From an uncultured Muribaculaceae bacterium (GTDB lineage Bacteria; Bacillota_I; Bacilli_A; RF39; UBA660): a DNA stretch of 63,636 nucleotides. Every line of letters begins with the position of its first letter. Position 1 is the first letter of the stretch. The stretch lies in NCBI GenBank assembly GCA_964609615.1, contig CAZSRL010000001.1, positions 29,875 through 93,510 of the forward strand. The letters are read 5' to 3'. The notes under the pieces were generated by a model. The model searched no databases and was not told the origin of the DNA. It saw only the letters and a program-made list of their open reading frames with translations. Below are positions 36,239 to 45,090 of the stretch, piece after piece. The translations under genes and the position numbers were made by a program.

Positions 36239-37301
36239 TTATCTTGTATCTATATGCAAAATCTTTAAACTCATTTAACTTAGAAAAATTAGGTAGTTTT
36301 AATTTACCTAATGAAAAATATAAAACAATGTTATCTATTTGTGATATTTTATTATTAGATTTTATATTAGCAGATATATATTTTCCTTTTTTTATTTTAT
36401 TATTATATACGTAATTAAATTTAACATTTAAGTTGTTTTTTATTATCCAGTTATTTATTTCTTTGGTGTTCAATTTATTAAAATTAGGAACTATTATTTC
36501 TTTTCCTTTTGATATATATAAAACAATCTTTTTTTCTTTTTCTATTTCTTTAGACTTAATAATATTATTTTTTTCAATTATATTGCTAAATTCATATATT
36601 TCTTCGTATTTATAATTATTAGATAAAAGATATATAATGGCTTCATATTTATTTTTATTTACTAAACTAAAATCATGTATCTTTTTATATTCTTTTTTCA
36701 TACAAAAACTAAATTTTATTTTTTCATTTCTATTAACAGTTCCTATAGTTGATTGATCAATTAAAATATTATTATTACATATATTTGTTTTATTTAAAAC
36801 TATTTCTACATTATTTAAATAATTTGTTTTTATAAATTTACTTACATAATTATTATTTTTACCTATTAAATATGGGATAATTATTTTTTTATTCATATTA
36901 GGACCTTTACTAACAACTACATTTATATGTTTATTATCTTTTATATTATAAACAATTATTTTATTTTCCTTTACTTTATCAGAATATTCATAATTAACAT
37001 TAACTTTTATATTATTACTTTTAGCATACATATATAATTCATTATAATTTTTATTTAAATATTCTGTATCATTACTTTTATATAATATTTTTGAACTATT
37101 AATTATACAAAAACTAAAGAATATTATAATTAATATTTTATTTATAATATTTATCATTTTATTATTATATTTAAAAAATAAAATAATAAAAACTAATAAA
37201 AACGCTAATATAATATATAAAAAATTTAAATTTAATAATGAATAGATTAAATTAATTATACTTAAAACTAATAATATATTTTTAAAATTATTATTATTCA
37301 T
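36225..37301 (-). CDS. Membrane-anchored PASTA-repeat protein without kinase or PBP domain (apparently frameshifted near the 3' end)
   Basis: Two N-terminal TM helices, then repeats ending in VVVSKGPN / LYISKGKEIIVPNF / LYFSLGKLKLPNFS (the PASTA xVSxG-x-VPN linker pattern). ATG 37301 follows the SD GGTGAAG. Confidence 0.55.
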   Translation of the reverse strand: MNNNNFKNILLVLSIINLIYSLLNLNFLYIILAFLLVFIILFFKYNNKMINIINKILIIIFFSFCIINSSKILYKSNDTEYLNKNYNELYMYAKSNNIKVNVNYEYSDKVKENKIIVYNIKDNKHINVVVSKGPNMNKKIIIPYLIGKNNNYVSKFIKTNYLNNVEIVLNKTNICNNNILIDQSTIGTVNRNEKIKFSFCMKKEYKKIHDFSLVNKNKYEAIIYLLSNNYKYEEIYEFSNIIEKNNIIKSKEIEKEKKIVLYISKGKEIIVPNFNKLNTKEINNWIIKNNLNVKFNYVYNNKIKKGKYISANIKSNNKISQIDNIVLYFSLGKLKLPNFSKLNEFKDFAYRYKIKYKI

Positions 37302-37362
37302 AATATACTTCACCATTATTAGTATTAACTATTATAAAAAAGATAAACGTTAAGTTTATCTT

Positions 37363-39600
37363 TTATACTTTATACCAAAAGTTCATATCTACTCTTCCAC
37401 TAATTCCAGAAACAGTCCCTGAAGAGGTATATTGCCATCCATAATAGTTTTTATATCCGCAAGGACCAGCAGATGAATAATGATAAGAACACTTTGTACT
37501 ATAATGTGCTACCCACATAGGATATTGTTTTATTAATGAACTATTTAAATATCCACTTGAACTAAAGAAAGCGCTTGCATTACCATAAACACCAGTTTTA
37601 TATCCGGCAGCTTTCATATTATTTATAAAAGCAGGTATAACTTTTTCATAATTTGTTCTTCCTATACTTGATACTTCAGCATCATACCATACACCATAAT
37701 ATAAATAAGGGTTCCCAACTGCAGAAAGTTTTAATCTTAAAGCTACAGCTTCTTTAATGGCATCAGATGCATTATTAACGTAGCCGTAATAATAAACACC
37801 TCTAGGGATACCTAATCTTTTTAATTCTCTAATATTTCTTTCAAATTGCAAATCAGTTGCATTTGCCCCTGTTGAACTACCTGTATAACCTATTCTTACA
37901 ATAGCACCATTTACTTTGCCGGATTTTTTTACAGCAGCCCAATCAATATTATTTTGCCACACAGAAACATCAATTACATTTGAACCAGTGCTAACTAATA
38001 TTCCATCTTCTGAGAAAAGTTTACTTTTTCCATACACAGTTCTCCATCCAGTTAATAAGTTTCCATTCCCATCTTGATAATATGTGTTATCTCCTTCTGT
38101 ATAATATCCGTGAGTTGTATTTCCTTGTGAATTAAAATTATATACTACTCCACTTATAGTAGTTTTTACGCTCATATAAGAAGCACCATTAGAGCCTAAG
38201 TAATACATTTTAGAATTAGCATATATCCACATGTTTTTATATATTTTACCTTTGTTTATGTAATAATATCTTCCTCCGGAATATATAAATCCATTTTGCA
38301 TTGCCCCATTTGAATTAAAAAAGTAATATTTCTTTTTTATACTCACTATACCTTTTACTGCATGTCCGTATCTATTAAAATAATATGTTTTTTTGTTTAT
38401 TGTTTTCCACTTGCTTTTAGTCATATTACCTTTTTTACTAATGTACCAAGTATATCCGTTGTGATTTATTAGACCTGTTTGTTTATGATAATAATTGTTT
38501 AAATAATAATATTTTTTATTTAATTTTATTATTCCTCTAGACGCATGTCCTTTTTTGTTAAAATAATATTTATATTTTCCAATCTTTTTCCATTTGCTTT
38601 TGGTCATATTTCCTTTTGAACTTATATACCATTTATACCCATTGTATGTTATTAATCCTGTTTGTTTATGATAATAATTATTTAAATAATAATATTTTTT
38701 ATTTAACTTTATTATTCCTCTTACAGCATGCCCATACTTATTGAAGTAATAATAGTTATTATTTGTTTTAATCCATTTACTTTTAGATATTTTTCCTCCA
38801 CTAATATAATAATAATATCCTGAGTCCCATACAAGTCCGTTTTTTTGTATTGCAGTTGTTTTATCAAAATAATATGTTGAGTTTCCTAAGGTAAACCATC
38901 CTTTTACAGCATGTGCGTTATTATCAAAGTAATATGTATTTCCATTTATCGTTTTAAAACTATTTTTAACAGCACCATTAGTTGTCATATAATAATAATA
39001 TCCATTTATATTAACTAATCCTAGAGGTTGTACTCCTGTTGTATTAAAATAATGTAAGTTTCCATTTATTGTTTTAAAACCTAATTGCATTTCTCCAGTA
39101 ATTAAATCAAAATAATATGTTTGATTATCTATTTTTTTTAATCCAGTCAACATTTCTCCAAATCTATTAAAAGCATAATATTTATCATTAATTCTATATA
39201 ATCCACTACATACTATTTTTTCATTATCTTTTTCATATAAATAATATGTTGTATTTTTAATAACTTCATTATTATCTTTATCTATATTTTTTTCTTCTAA
39301 TGTATTAAATCCATATTCTTTACTATAATCATTAAGTAATTCATATTTTAATTGATATGGTTTTATTTTATTTATTTGATCTTCTTGCTCATAAATTTTA
39401 ATTATTTCTTGTTCATTTTCATCTTTATAAATTTTTTCATAATATTCTTCTAAAAAGTTATTGTAATCATATTCTATGTGAGTATAATCTTTTATTTGTT
39501 CAATTTCTATTTCTTCATCTGCTTTTACATTAAAAAAAGATAACAAAAAAATTGCTAGTGTAATAATAATTAAAAATACTGATTTTTTTACTACATTCAT
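37363..39600 (-). CDS. Secreted GH25 muramidase (autolysin) with N-terminal cell-wall-binding (CW_binding_1 / choline- or glucan-binding type) repeats
   Basis: Signal peptide ending FFNVKA|DEE. About 15 YYF-x-x-x-G repeats (NQTYYFDLITGEMQLGF, GNTYYFDNNAHAVKGWF ...). C-terminal VIDVSVWQNNIDWAAVKKSGKVNGAIVRIGY is the GH25 signature. Confidence 0.85.
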   Translation of the reverse strand: MNVVKKSVFLIIITLAIFLLSFFNVKADEEIEIEQIKDYTHIEYDYNNFLEEYYEKIYKDENEQEIIKIYEQEDQINKIKPYQLKYELLNDYSKEYGFNTLEEKNIDKDNNEVIKNTTYYLYEKDNEKIVCSGLYRINDKYYAFNRFGEMLTGLKKIDNQTYYFDLITGEMQLGFKTINGNLHYFNTTGVQPLGLVNINGYYYYMTTNGAVKNSFKTINGNTYYFDNNAHAVKGWFTLGNSTYYFDKTTAIQKNGLVWDSGYYYYISGGKISKSKWIKTNNNYYYFNKYGHAVRGIIKLNKKYYYLNNYYHKQTGLITYNGYKWYISSKGNMTKSKWKKIGKYKYYFNKKGHASRGIIKLNKKYYYLNNYYHKQTGLINHNGYTWYISKKGNMTKSKWKTINKKTYYFNRYGHAVKGIVSIKKKYYFFNSNGAMQNGFIYSGGRYYYINKGKIYKNMWIYANSKMYYLGSNGASYMSVKTTISGVVYNFNSQGNTTHGYYTEGDNTYYQDGNGNLLTGWRTVYGKSKLFSEDGILVSTGSNVIDVSVWQNNIDWAAVKKSGKVNGAIVRIGYTGSSTGANATDLQFERNIRELKRLGIPRGVYYYGYVNNASDAIKEAVALRLKLSAVGNPYLYYGVWYDAEVSSIGRTNYEKVIPAFINNMKAAGYKTGVYGNASAFFSSSGYLNSSLIKQYPMWVAHYSTKCSYHYSSAGPCGYKNYYGWQYTSSGTVSGISGRVDMNFWYKV
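38356..38721. repeat. Near-identical 183-bp (61-codon) tandem duplication inside the autolysin repeat region
   Basis: Units 38721-38539 and 38538-38356 both encode RGIIKLNKKYYYLNNYYHKQTGLI..NGY.WYIS.KGNMTKSKWK. Long stretches are identical at DNA level (cctgtttgtttatgataataatt.tttaaataataatatttttt). Confidence 0.85.
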
Positions 39601-39655
39601 ACTAGTTCTCCTATTATTAGTATACCATATTTTTTTTTAATTAAAACTTTATCTA

Positions 39656-40897
39656 TTAATTTTTAAAAATAATGTCAAGTACTCTTTTTGTTGCTTTTCC
39701 ATCATCTAAATAATTGAATTTTGCATTAAAACTGTCATATTTTACTTTATAAGTGTTATTGTAATTATTAATATTGTTTATTTCTCTTATCAAATCTTTT
39801 TCAGTTTTAACAATTGGCCCTGGTAATATTTTTAAATCAAAGTAAAAATCTCTCATATTATTCTTATATTCATCAAAATCATACATATAAAATAATATTG
39901 GCCTTTTTAAATTTGCATAATCAAAAAAGACGCTTGAATAATCAGATATTAAAATGTCACTAACAATATATAAATCATTTATATCTTCATAATCACTAAC
40001 ATCTATAATAAAATCTTTATATTTTCCAAAATCAAATGAATTAGAAATGAAATAATGGGCCCTAAATAGTAGTACATATTCATTATTTAATTCTTTTTGT
40101 AATGTATCAAAGTTTATTCCTAAGTCATAAGTATAACCTTTTCCAGTTTTATATTGATTTTCTCTCCAAGTTGGAGCATATAATATTACTTTTTTATTTT
40201 TAGGAATACTTAATTCTTTTTTTATTTTTTTTACATCATTTTCTTTATAATTAATTAAATAATCATTTCTGGGATACCCTTGTTCAATAATACAATTTTC
40301 TTTATTTAAGCTTTTTAAATTAAAAGCAGAACTTAATTTTTCGCTACATGCTTTCGAAGGGGAAATTAAATATTTAAACTTTTTTGCATCTTCTAAATAT
40401 TTTTGTTTTAATGTATCATTGTTCATTTTTGCATTTTCTCCTTTTACTTCAATATCGAAGCCTAATCTTTTCAAAGGAGTACCATGCCAACATTGAACAA
40501 ATACTTGGTCTTCTCTTACATTAATATACATAGGTAGTCTAGAATTTGAAATAATATATTTTGCTTTTGTCATAGCATTAATGTATTCATCAGATGCATA
40601 AAGAACAATAGTTGTTCTTTCATAATCAAAAAAATCATATTCCTTTTCCTCTTTAAATGCCCATATAAATTTATAATTTTTATATTTATCATTTTTTAAC
40701 ATTTCCAAATAAATAGACTTAGGACTATCAGCACATTTTCTTCCCATAAATGCTTCAAATAACACTAGGTTTTCATCTATTTTATTTTCTTTAACATATT
40801 TTTCATATATTTTAACTCTTTTATCACCAGACATTTTAATCCATATTTTCCATGTGAATTTATTTAATTTAAAAATTTTTCTTATTATATTTTTCAT
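39656..40897 (-). CDS. CDP-glycerol glycerophosphotransferase (TagB/TagF/TarF family)
   Basis: CWHGTPLKRLGFD, YAPTWR, SDYSSVFFDYANLKRPILFYMYD. Paralogue of 45090..46349. Confidence 0.88.
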   Translation of the reverse strand: MKNIIRKIFKLNKFTWKIWIKMSGDKRVKIYEKYVKENKIDENLVLFEAFMGRKCADSPKSIYLEMLKNDKYKNYKFIWAFKEEKEYDFFDYERTTIVLYASDEYINAMTKAKYIISNSRLPMYINVREDQVFVQCWHGTPLKRLGFDIEVKGENAKMNNDTLKQKYLEDAKKFKYLISPSKACSEKLSSAFNLKSLNKENCIIEQGYPRNDYLINYKENDVKKIKKELSIPKNKKVILYAPTWRENQYKTGKGYTYDLGINFDTLQKELNNEYVLLFRAHYFISNSFDFGKYKDFIIDVSDYEDINDLYIVSDILISDYSSVFFDYANLKRPILFYMYDFDEYKNNMRDFYFDLKILPGPIVKTEKDLIREINNINNYNNTYKVKYDSFNAKFNYLDDGKATKRVLDIIFKN

Positions 40898-40934
40898 GCA
40901 TAATACCTCATTTCTTAATTGTAGTATATCATAT

Positions 40935-40972
40935 TAAAAGTGAAATATCGATAACTTGCATTGATATTTCAC
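40935..40972 (-). terminator. Terminator after the GtrA-like gene (overlaps its stop)
   Basis: gtgaaatatc (40940-40949) and gatatttcac (40963-40972). The minus strand continues TTTTAAT. Confidence 0.45.
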
Positions 40973-41355
40973 TTAATTTTCAGTATATATTTCATCACTA
41001 TAAATGTTATTGGTATTGCAATTAAACTTGCTATTAATCCACATATTTTTGCTGGCCACCCAATTATATCAACCAATAAAAATAACCCACCAGTTTGACA
41101 TATAAATGTAGCAAGTCCAGTTAATGGAAACATCAAATATTTCTTTAATGTTGGTTTAACCTTAAAATTATATTTACAATTTAAAAAGAAAGATATTGTC
41201 AAACTTATGACATATGATATTATATTTGATAGCATATATGGTAGAAGTATTAATCCTAATAAATATAACCCGTTATAAATAATAGTATTTATTCCACCAA
41301 TGATACAAAAAATAATAAAATTAATATTTAAAAATTGCTCTTTAAGCTTTGTCAT
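40969..41355 (-). CDS. GtrA-family small membrane protein
   Basis: 128 aa with four TM helices. Overlaps the upstream GT2 gene by 14 nt. Confidence 0.75.
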   Translation of the reverse strand: MTKLKEQFLNINFIIFCIIGGINTIIYNGLYLLGLILLPYMLSNIISYVISLTISFFLNCKYNFKVKPTLKKYLMFPLTGLATFICQTGGLFLLVDIIGWPAKICGLIASLIAIPITFIVMKYILKIK

Positions 41356-42271
41356 TTAAATTTATTCTCTCTTTCTCAATATATATAGGTCTTTGTTTTG
41401 TTTCTAAGTATGTTTTTGATAAGTATTCTCCAATAATACCTAAACATATTAGTTGAATGCCTCCCAAGAATAACAACACACACATTATAGATGCATACCC
41501 CGGAGTATCTTTGCCTAACAGCAAAGTCTGAATTAAAATAATAATTAAATATATAAACGCTACAATGCTTGTAATTGATCCAACATATGTACTTATTCTA
41601 AGTGGTTTTGTACTAAAACCAACAAACCCATCTATAGCATACGAAAATGACTTAGTAAAATTAAATTTACTTTTGCCGGTTGTTCTTTCTTTTACTTTAT
41701 AATTTAAATATTTAGTATTATAACCCACCCAAGAAAATAAGCCTTTTGAAAATCTATTTTTTTCACTTAATTCTAACAATGATTCTTTCATTCTTTTATT
41801 AAACATTCTAAAATCACTAGCACCATTTACAAATTTAATATTTGCCAGTTTATCAATAGTTTTATAGAATGTTTTTTGACATATTTTATAAAAGAAACCC
41901 TTATTATTTTCTTGACACATACATACGGAATCATATTCTTTATTATTTGTTAAAAATTTATACATAGACACTATATACTTAGGTTCCTGTTGTAAATCAG
42001 TATCAATAATACAAACATATTCACCACATGAATTTTTTATTCCAGCATATATAGCAGCTTCTTTTCCAAAGTTTCTAGAAAAAGAAATGATTTTTACTCT
42101 ATTATCATTTTTACAAATAGATTTAAGTTTTTTTAAACTATTATCTGTGCTTCCATCATCAATAAATAATAATTCATAATCTATGTTTTTTAATTCCTTA
42201 ATAGTTTCTTTATAAAACTTTTCTATTATTTCTTCTTCATTATAAATAGGACCAATAACACTTAACTTCAT
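41342..42271 (-). CDS. GT2 polyprenyl-phosphate glycosyltransferase (GtrB/CsbB/DPM1-like, two C-terminal TM helices)
   Basis: MKLSVIGPIYNEEE..., FIDDGSTDNS, IDTDLQ, C-terminal TM pair. ATG 42271 lies 8 nt after GGAGG. The track start is a TTG further upstream. Confidence 0.85.
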   Translation of the reverse strand: MKLSVIGPIYNEEEIIEKFYKETIKELKNIDYELLFIDDGSTDNSLKKLKSICKNDNRVKIISFSRNFGKEAAIYAGIKNSCGEYVCIIDTDLQQEPKYIVSMYKFLTNNKEYDSVCMCQENNKGFFYKICQKTFYKTIDKLANIKFVNGASDFRMFNKRMKESLLELSEKNRFSKGLFSWVGYNTKYLNYKVKERTTGKSKFNFTKSFSYAIDGFVGFSTKPLRISTYVGSITSIVAFIYLIIILIQTLLLGKDTPGYASIMCVLLFLGGIQLICLGIIGEYLSKTYLETKQRPIYIEKERINLNDKA

Positions 42272-42348
42272 TTGTTTGTCCTCCTTATTTAAATTATAAA
42301 CCAAACATCTGATAAAGTAAATAATGATAAAAAAAAGGAACTATGTTC

Positions 42349-43035
42349 CTAATATTTATTATTATAATATTCTTCTGCTTCATCGATTGATCCATCGAAT
42401 AATAATTTACCTTGTTTTAAAACAATTCCTCTTTCACAAAATCTTTTTGCCATATGCATTGAATGTGTTACAAATAATACAGTAATATCATCATCAGTAA
42501 TTAATTCTTTTACTTTTGTTAAGCATTTATCTTGGAAATCTCTATCCCCAACACTTAACACTTCATCTAAAACTAATATATCTGGAACAATATTAACACT
42601 TATTGCAAAACCTAACCTTGCTTTCATTCCACTTGAATACATTTTAACAGGTTGATCTAAATAATCTCCAATATCTGCGAATTCTATAATCGGTTTTTCT
42701 ATTTTTTTTATTTCATCTTTTGTCATATTTAATATACTACATTTTATATAAATGTTTTCTCTACCAGTACATTCTTGATTAAATCCAGCAGTTAATTCAA
42801 GTAAAGCGTTTATTTTTCCTTTTACAATCACTTCTCCTTTAGTAGGTGTAGATACGCCTGATACCATTTTAAGTATTGTACTCTTTCCACTTCCATTTGC
42901 TCCTAAAAAAGCAACAGTTTCACCTTTTCTAATTTGAAAATTCAAATTATCTGATGCTAATTTTTTCTTATATTTTACTTTATTACTAAATATTCCTAAA
43001 AATTGTTTTTTACTATTAGCATATAATCTATACAT
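42349..43035 (-). CDS. tagH: Teichoic acid/polysaccharide export ABC transporter ATP-binding protein TagH
   Basis: GANGSGKST Walker A, YSSGMKARLGF signature, LVLDEVLSVGD Walker B. The conserved N-terminal IEFKNVSK continues in frame upstream of the first ATG (see findings). Confidence 0.9.
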   Translation of the reverse strand: MYRLYANSKKQFLGIFSNKVKYKKKLASDNLNFQIRKGETVAFLGANGSGKSTILKMVSGVSTPTKGEVIVKGKINALLELTAGFNQECTGRENIYIKCSILNMTKDEIKKIEKPIIEFADIGDYLDQPVKMYSSGMKARLGFAISVNIVPDILVLDEVLSVGDRDFQDKCLTKVKELITDDDITVLFVTHSMHMAKRFCERGIVLKQGKLLFDGSIDEAEEYYNNKY

Positions 43036-43070
43036 TTTAGAAACATTTTTAAATTCTATTACAACATCTT

Positions 43071-43865
43071 TTATAGGACATCACCCACTTCATATTTAGT
43101 TCTTCTATATATAAACAATGAAAACAATAAAGTTACTATAAAGACTATAAAGAAACAACCTAATGTTGTAAAGTCTTCAAAAAACCATTGTTTGTGTATA
43201 AATACATTCCTATATCCTTCAACAAAGAAAGTAACAGGATTAAATAATAGCACTGTATTTACCCATCCTAAACTCATTGTTTTAATATTCCATAAAATTC
43301 CTGATAACCAAAAAATTGCTGTCGTAAATGCCTTTACTAAATTCAAAAAATCTTTTGACACTATAGATAATAATGAAAATCCCAATGATAATACATTAAA
43401 GTATAAAAACATTCCAAGTATATATAACGGTAATTGTATAAAATAAATATTAATACCAAAAAATACTATAAATACAATTGTAAATAATGTTATTAAAAAT
43501 AAATGTGGTATAAAATGTGATATTGTATCAAATGTAGGTATTACACTAATAGGAAATTTTATTTTTGTTACCAATTGTGAATTTTTTCTCAGTGCATTTA
43601 TTCCTTGATTAAGCATGTCACTCATAAAAAACCATGGAATTATTCCGGCGATTAACCAAATAACAAATGGTACGCCTTCTATTGTTCCACCAGCTCTTAA
43701 TCCGTATGTTAAGGCAAACCAATATATGAAAACTGTTACAGTTGGTTTTATAAGTACCCAAACCCAGCCAAACACAGTACCTTTATATTGTTTTACAATA
43801 TCAAACCATGCTAATTTAAGAATTTGATATCTATATTCCCAGTGTTCTTTAATAATATTTATCAT
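43071..43865 (-). CDS. tagG: Teichoic acid/polysaccharide export ABC transporter permease TagG (ABC-2 type)
   Basis: 264 aa with six TM helices and an ABC-2 N-terminus (EHWEYRYQILKLAWFDIVKQYKGTVFGWVW). Adjacent to tagH. Confidence 0.9.
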   Translation of the reverse strand: MINIIKEHWEYRYQILKLAWFDIVKQYKGTVFGWVWVLIKPTVTVFIYWFALTYGLRAGGTIEGVPFVIWLIAGIIPWFFMSDMLNQGINALRKNSQLVTKIKFPISVIPTFDTISHFIPHLFLITLFTIVFIVFFGINIYFIQLPLYILGMFLYFNVLSLGFSLLSIVSKDFLNLVKAFTTAIFWLSGILWNIKTMSLGWVNTVLLFNPVTFFVEGYRNVFIHKQWFFEDFTTLGCFFIVFIVTLLFSLFIYRRTKYEVGDVL

Positions 43866-43989
43866 ATCTTCACTTCATTCCTCTCGCTTTTTAATTATAA
43901 CATAAATATTATACATAAAAAAGGTATAACTTATAAGTATAATTATAAATTTAATAAATCTTTTCAAATAATAAAATAGCTATATTAAT

Positions 43990-45090
43990 TTAAAAATTAT
44001 CTTTGTAAATCCATTCTAAAATTTTCTTAACAATTAGTTTAGTACTATCACCTTTGATATTATCTAAATATTTTTCTTTATATTTAACGCTTTCTAAATG
44101 CGGATATTCTTTTTTTAATCCCGTTTTTAAATCTTTTATATTATAAAAACAACAATTTGGTAATTCTTTATCTAATAAAACATTAATGCCAGTTTTATTT
44201 TTATAATCTTCATAATCATATAAATAATAATATACTTTTTTGTCCAGTACATAGCCTTCTAGAGCAATTGCTGAATAATCAGTTATCAAAAGATCACTTA
44301 CTGTTAGTAAATCTATTGCTTTAAACTCTATGCAAGTATAAACTCTATCATTATTTAAATTTAATTTATGAAGTGGATGAGATTTAACAATAATATTATA
44401 TTTTTTATAATCTATAGCTGATAAAATTTCATCTGTTTTATCTGTTTTATCTTTTCTAAATGTTGGAGCATAAAGAATTGTTTTTTTATTTTTTAGTGAT
44501 GGGTATTTTTTATGTATTCTTTTTCTAATATTATTTTTTTCTTTTAATAAATAATCAATTCTAGGAAGGCCATAGTTTAAAAACACTTCTTTATTGTATC
44601 CGAATGTATCACGAAAATATGTCTCTGTTGCTGTTGAAGATGAAATAATATTAGTATAATTTTTATGCATTTTCATAGCTGTTGATAGTTTTTTATTCCT
44701 TCCTGCATCTTGTTCTAAATTTTGAAGTCCGAATTTTTTTATAGCACCTAAAGAATGCCAAATTTGTAATACTTTTAAATCTTTTTTGTGGTTTAAAACA
44801 GAAATCATAGGAATATAAGAATCTATTATACACACTTTAGCAGTAGCAATATTATACATTTGTTTATAAAAATGAAAATAATATGATATATAACTATCCA
44901 TTTTTTTACACAATATACATATTTCAATACTATCATCTTTTTTTAATTCATTTATTATGTATTCAAAATCAATAGAACATTTATTACTTTGTCTAGATAA
45001 AAATACAACTTTATTTTTTGTGGGTAATAATTTCAAAAAAAAGTATACAAGTTTTAAATGTAGAAAGAAAATGTTTATTAATAATTTCAT
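43990..45090 (-). CDS. CDP-glycerol glycerophosphotransferase, short TagB-like (primase-type) form
   Basis: 366 aa. IWHSLGAIKKFG, YAPTFRKD, ITDYSAIALEGYVLDKKVYYYLYD. Confidence 0.8.
   Translation of the reverse strand: MKLLINIFFLHLKLVYFFLKLLPTKNKVVFLSRQSNKCSIDFEYIINELKKDDSIEICILCKKMDSYISYYFHFYKQMYNIATAKVCIIDSYIPMISVLNHKKDLKVLQIWHSLGAIKKFGLQNLEQDAGRNKKLSTAMKMHKNYTNIISSSTATETYFRDTFGYNKEVFLNYGLPRIDYLLKEKNNIRKRIHKKYPSLKNKKTILYAPTFRKDKTDKTDEILSAIDYKKYNIIVKSHPLHKLNLNNDRVYTCIEFKAIDLLTVSDLLITDYSAIALEGYVLDKKVYYYLYDYEDYKNKTGINVLLDKELPNCCFYNIKDLKTGLKKEYPHLESVKYKEKYLDNIKGDSTKLIVKKILEWIYKDNF

Noticed and set aside
37900-39300. Cell-wall-binding repeat region of the autolysin as a non-coding repeat, or as evidence of choline-containing teichoic acid
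   Set aside because: The repeats are in frame and belong to the CW_binding_1 type. No lic (choline uptake or activation) genes are recognisable in the window. The 299-aa nucleotidyltransferase is not clearly LicC. A choline link is therefore unsupported.
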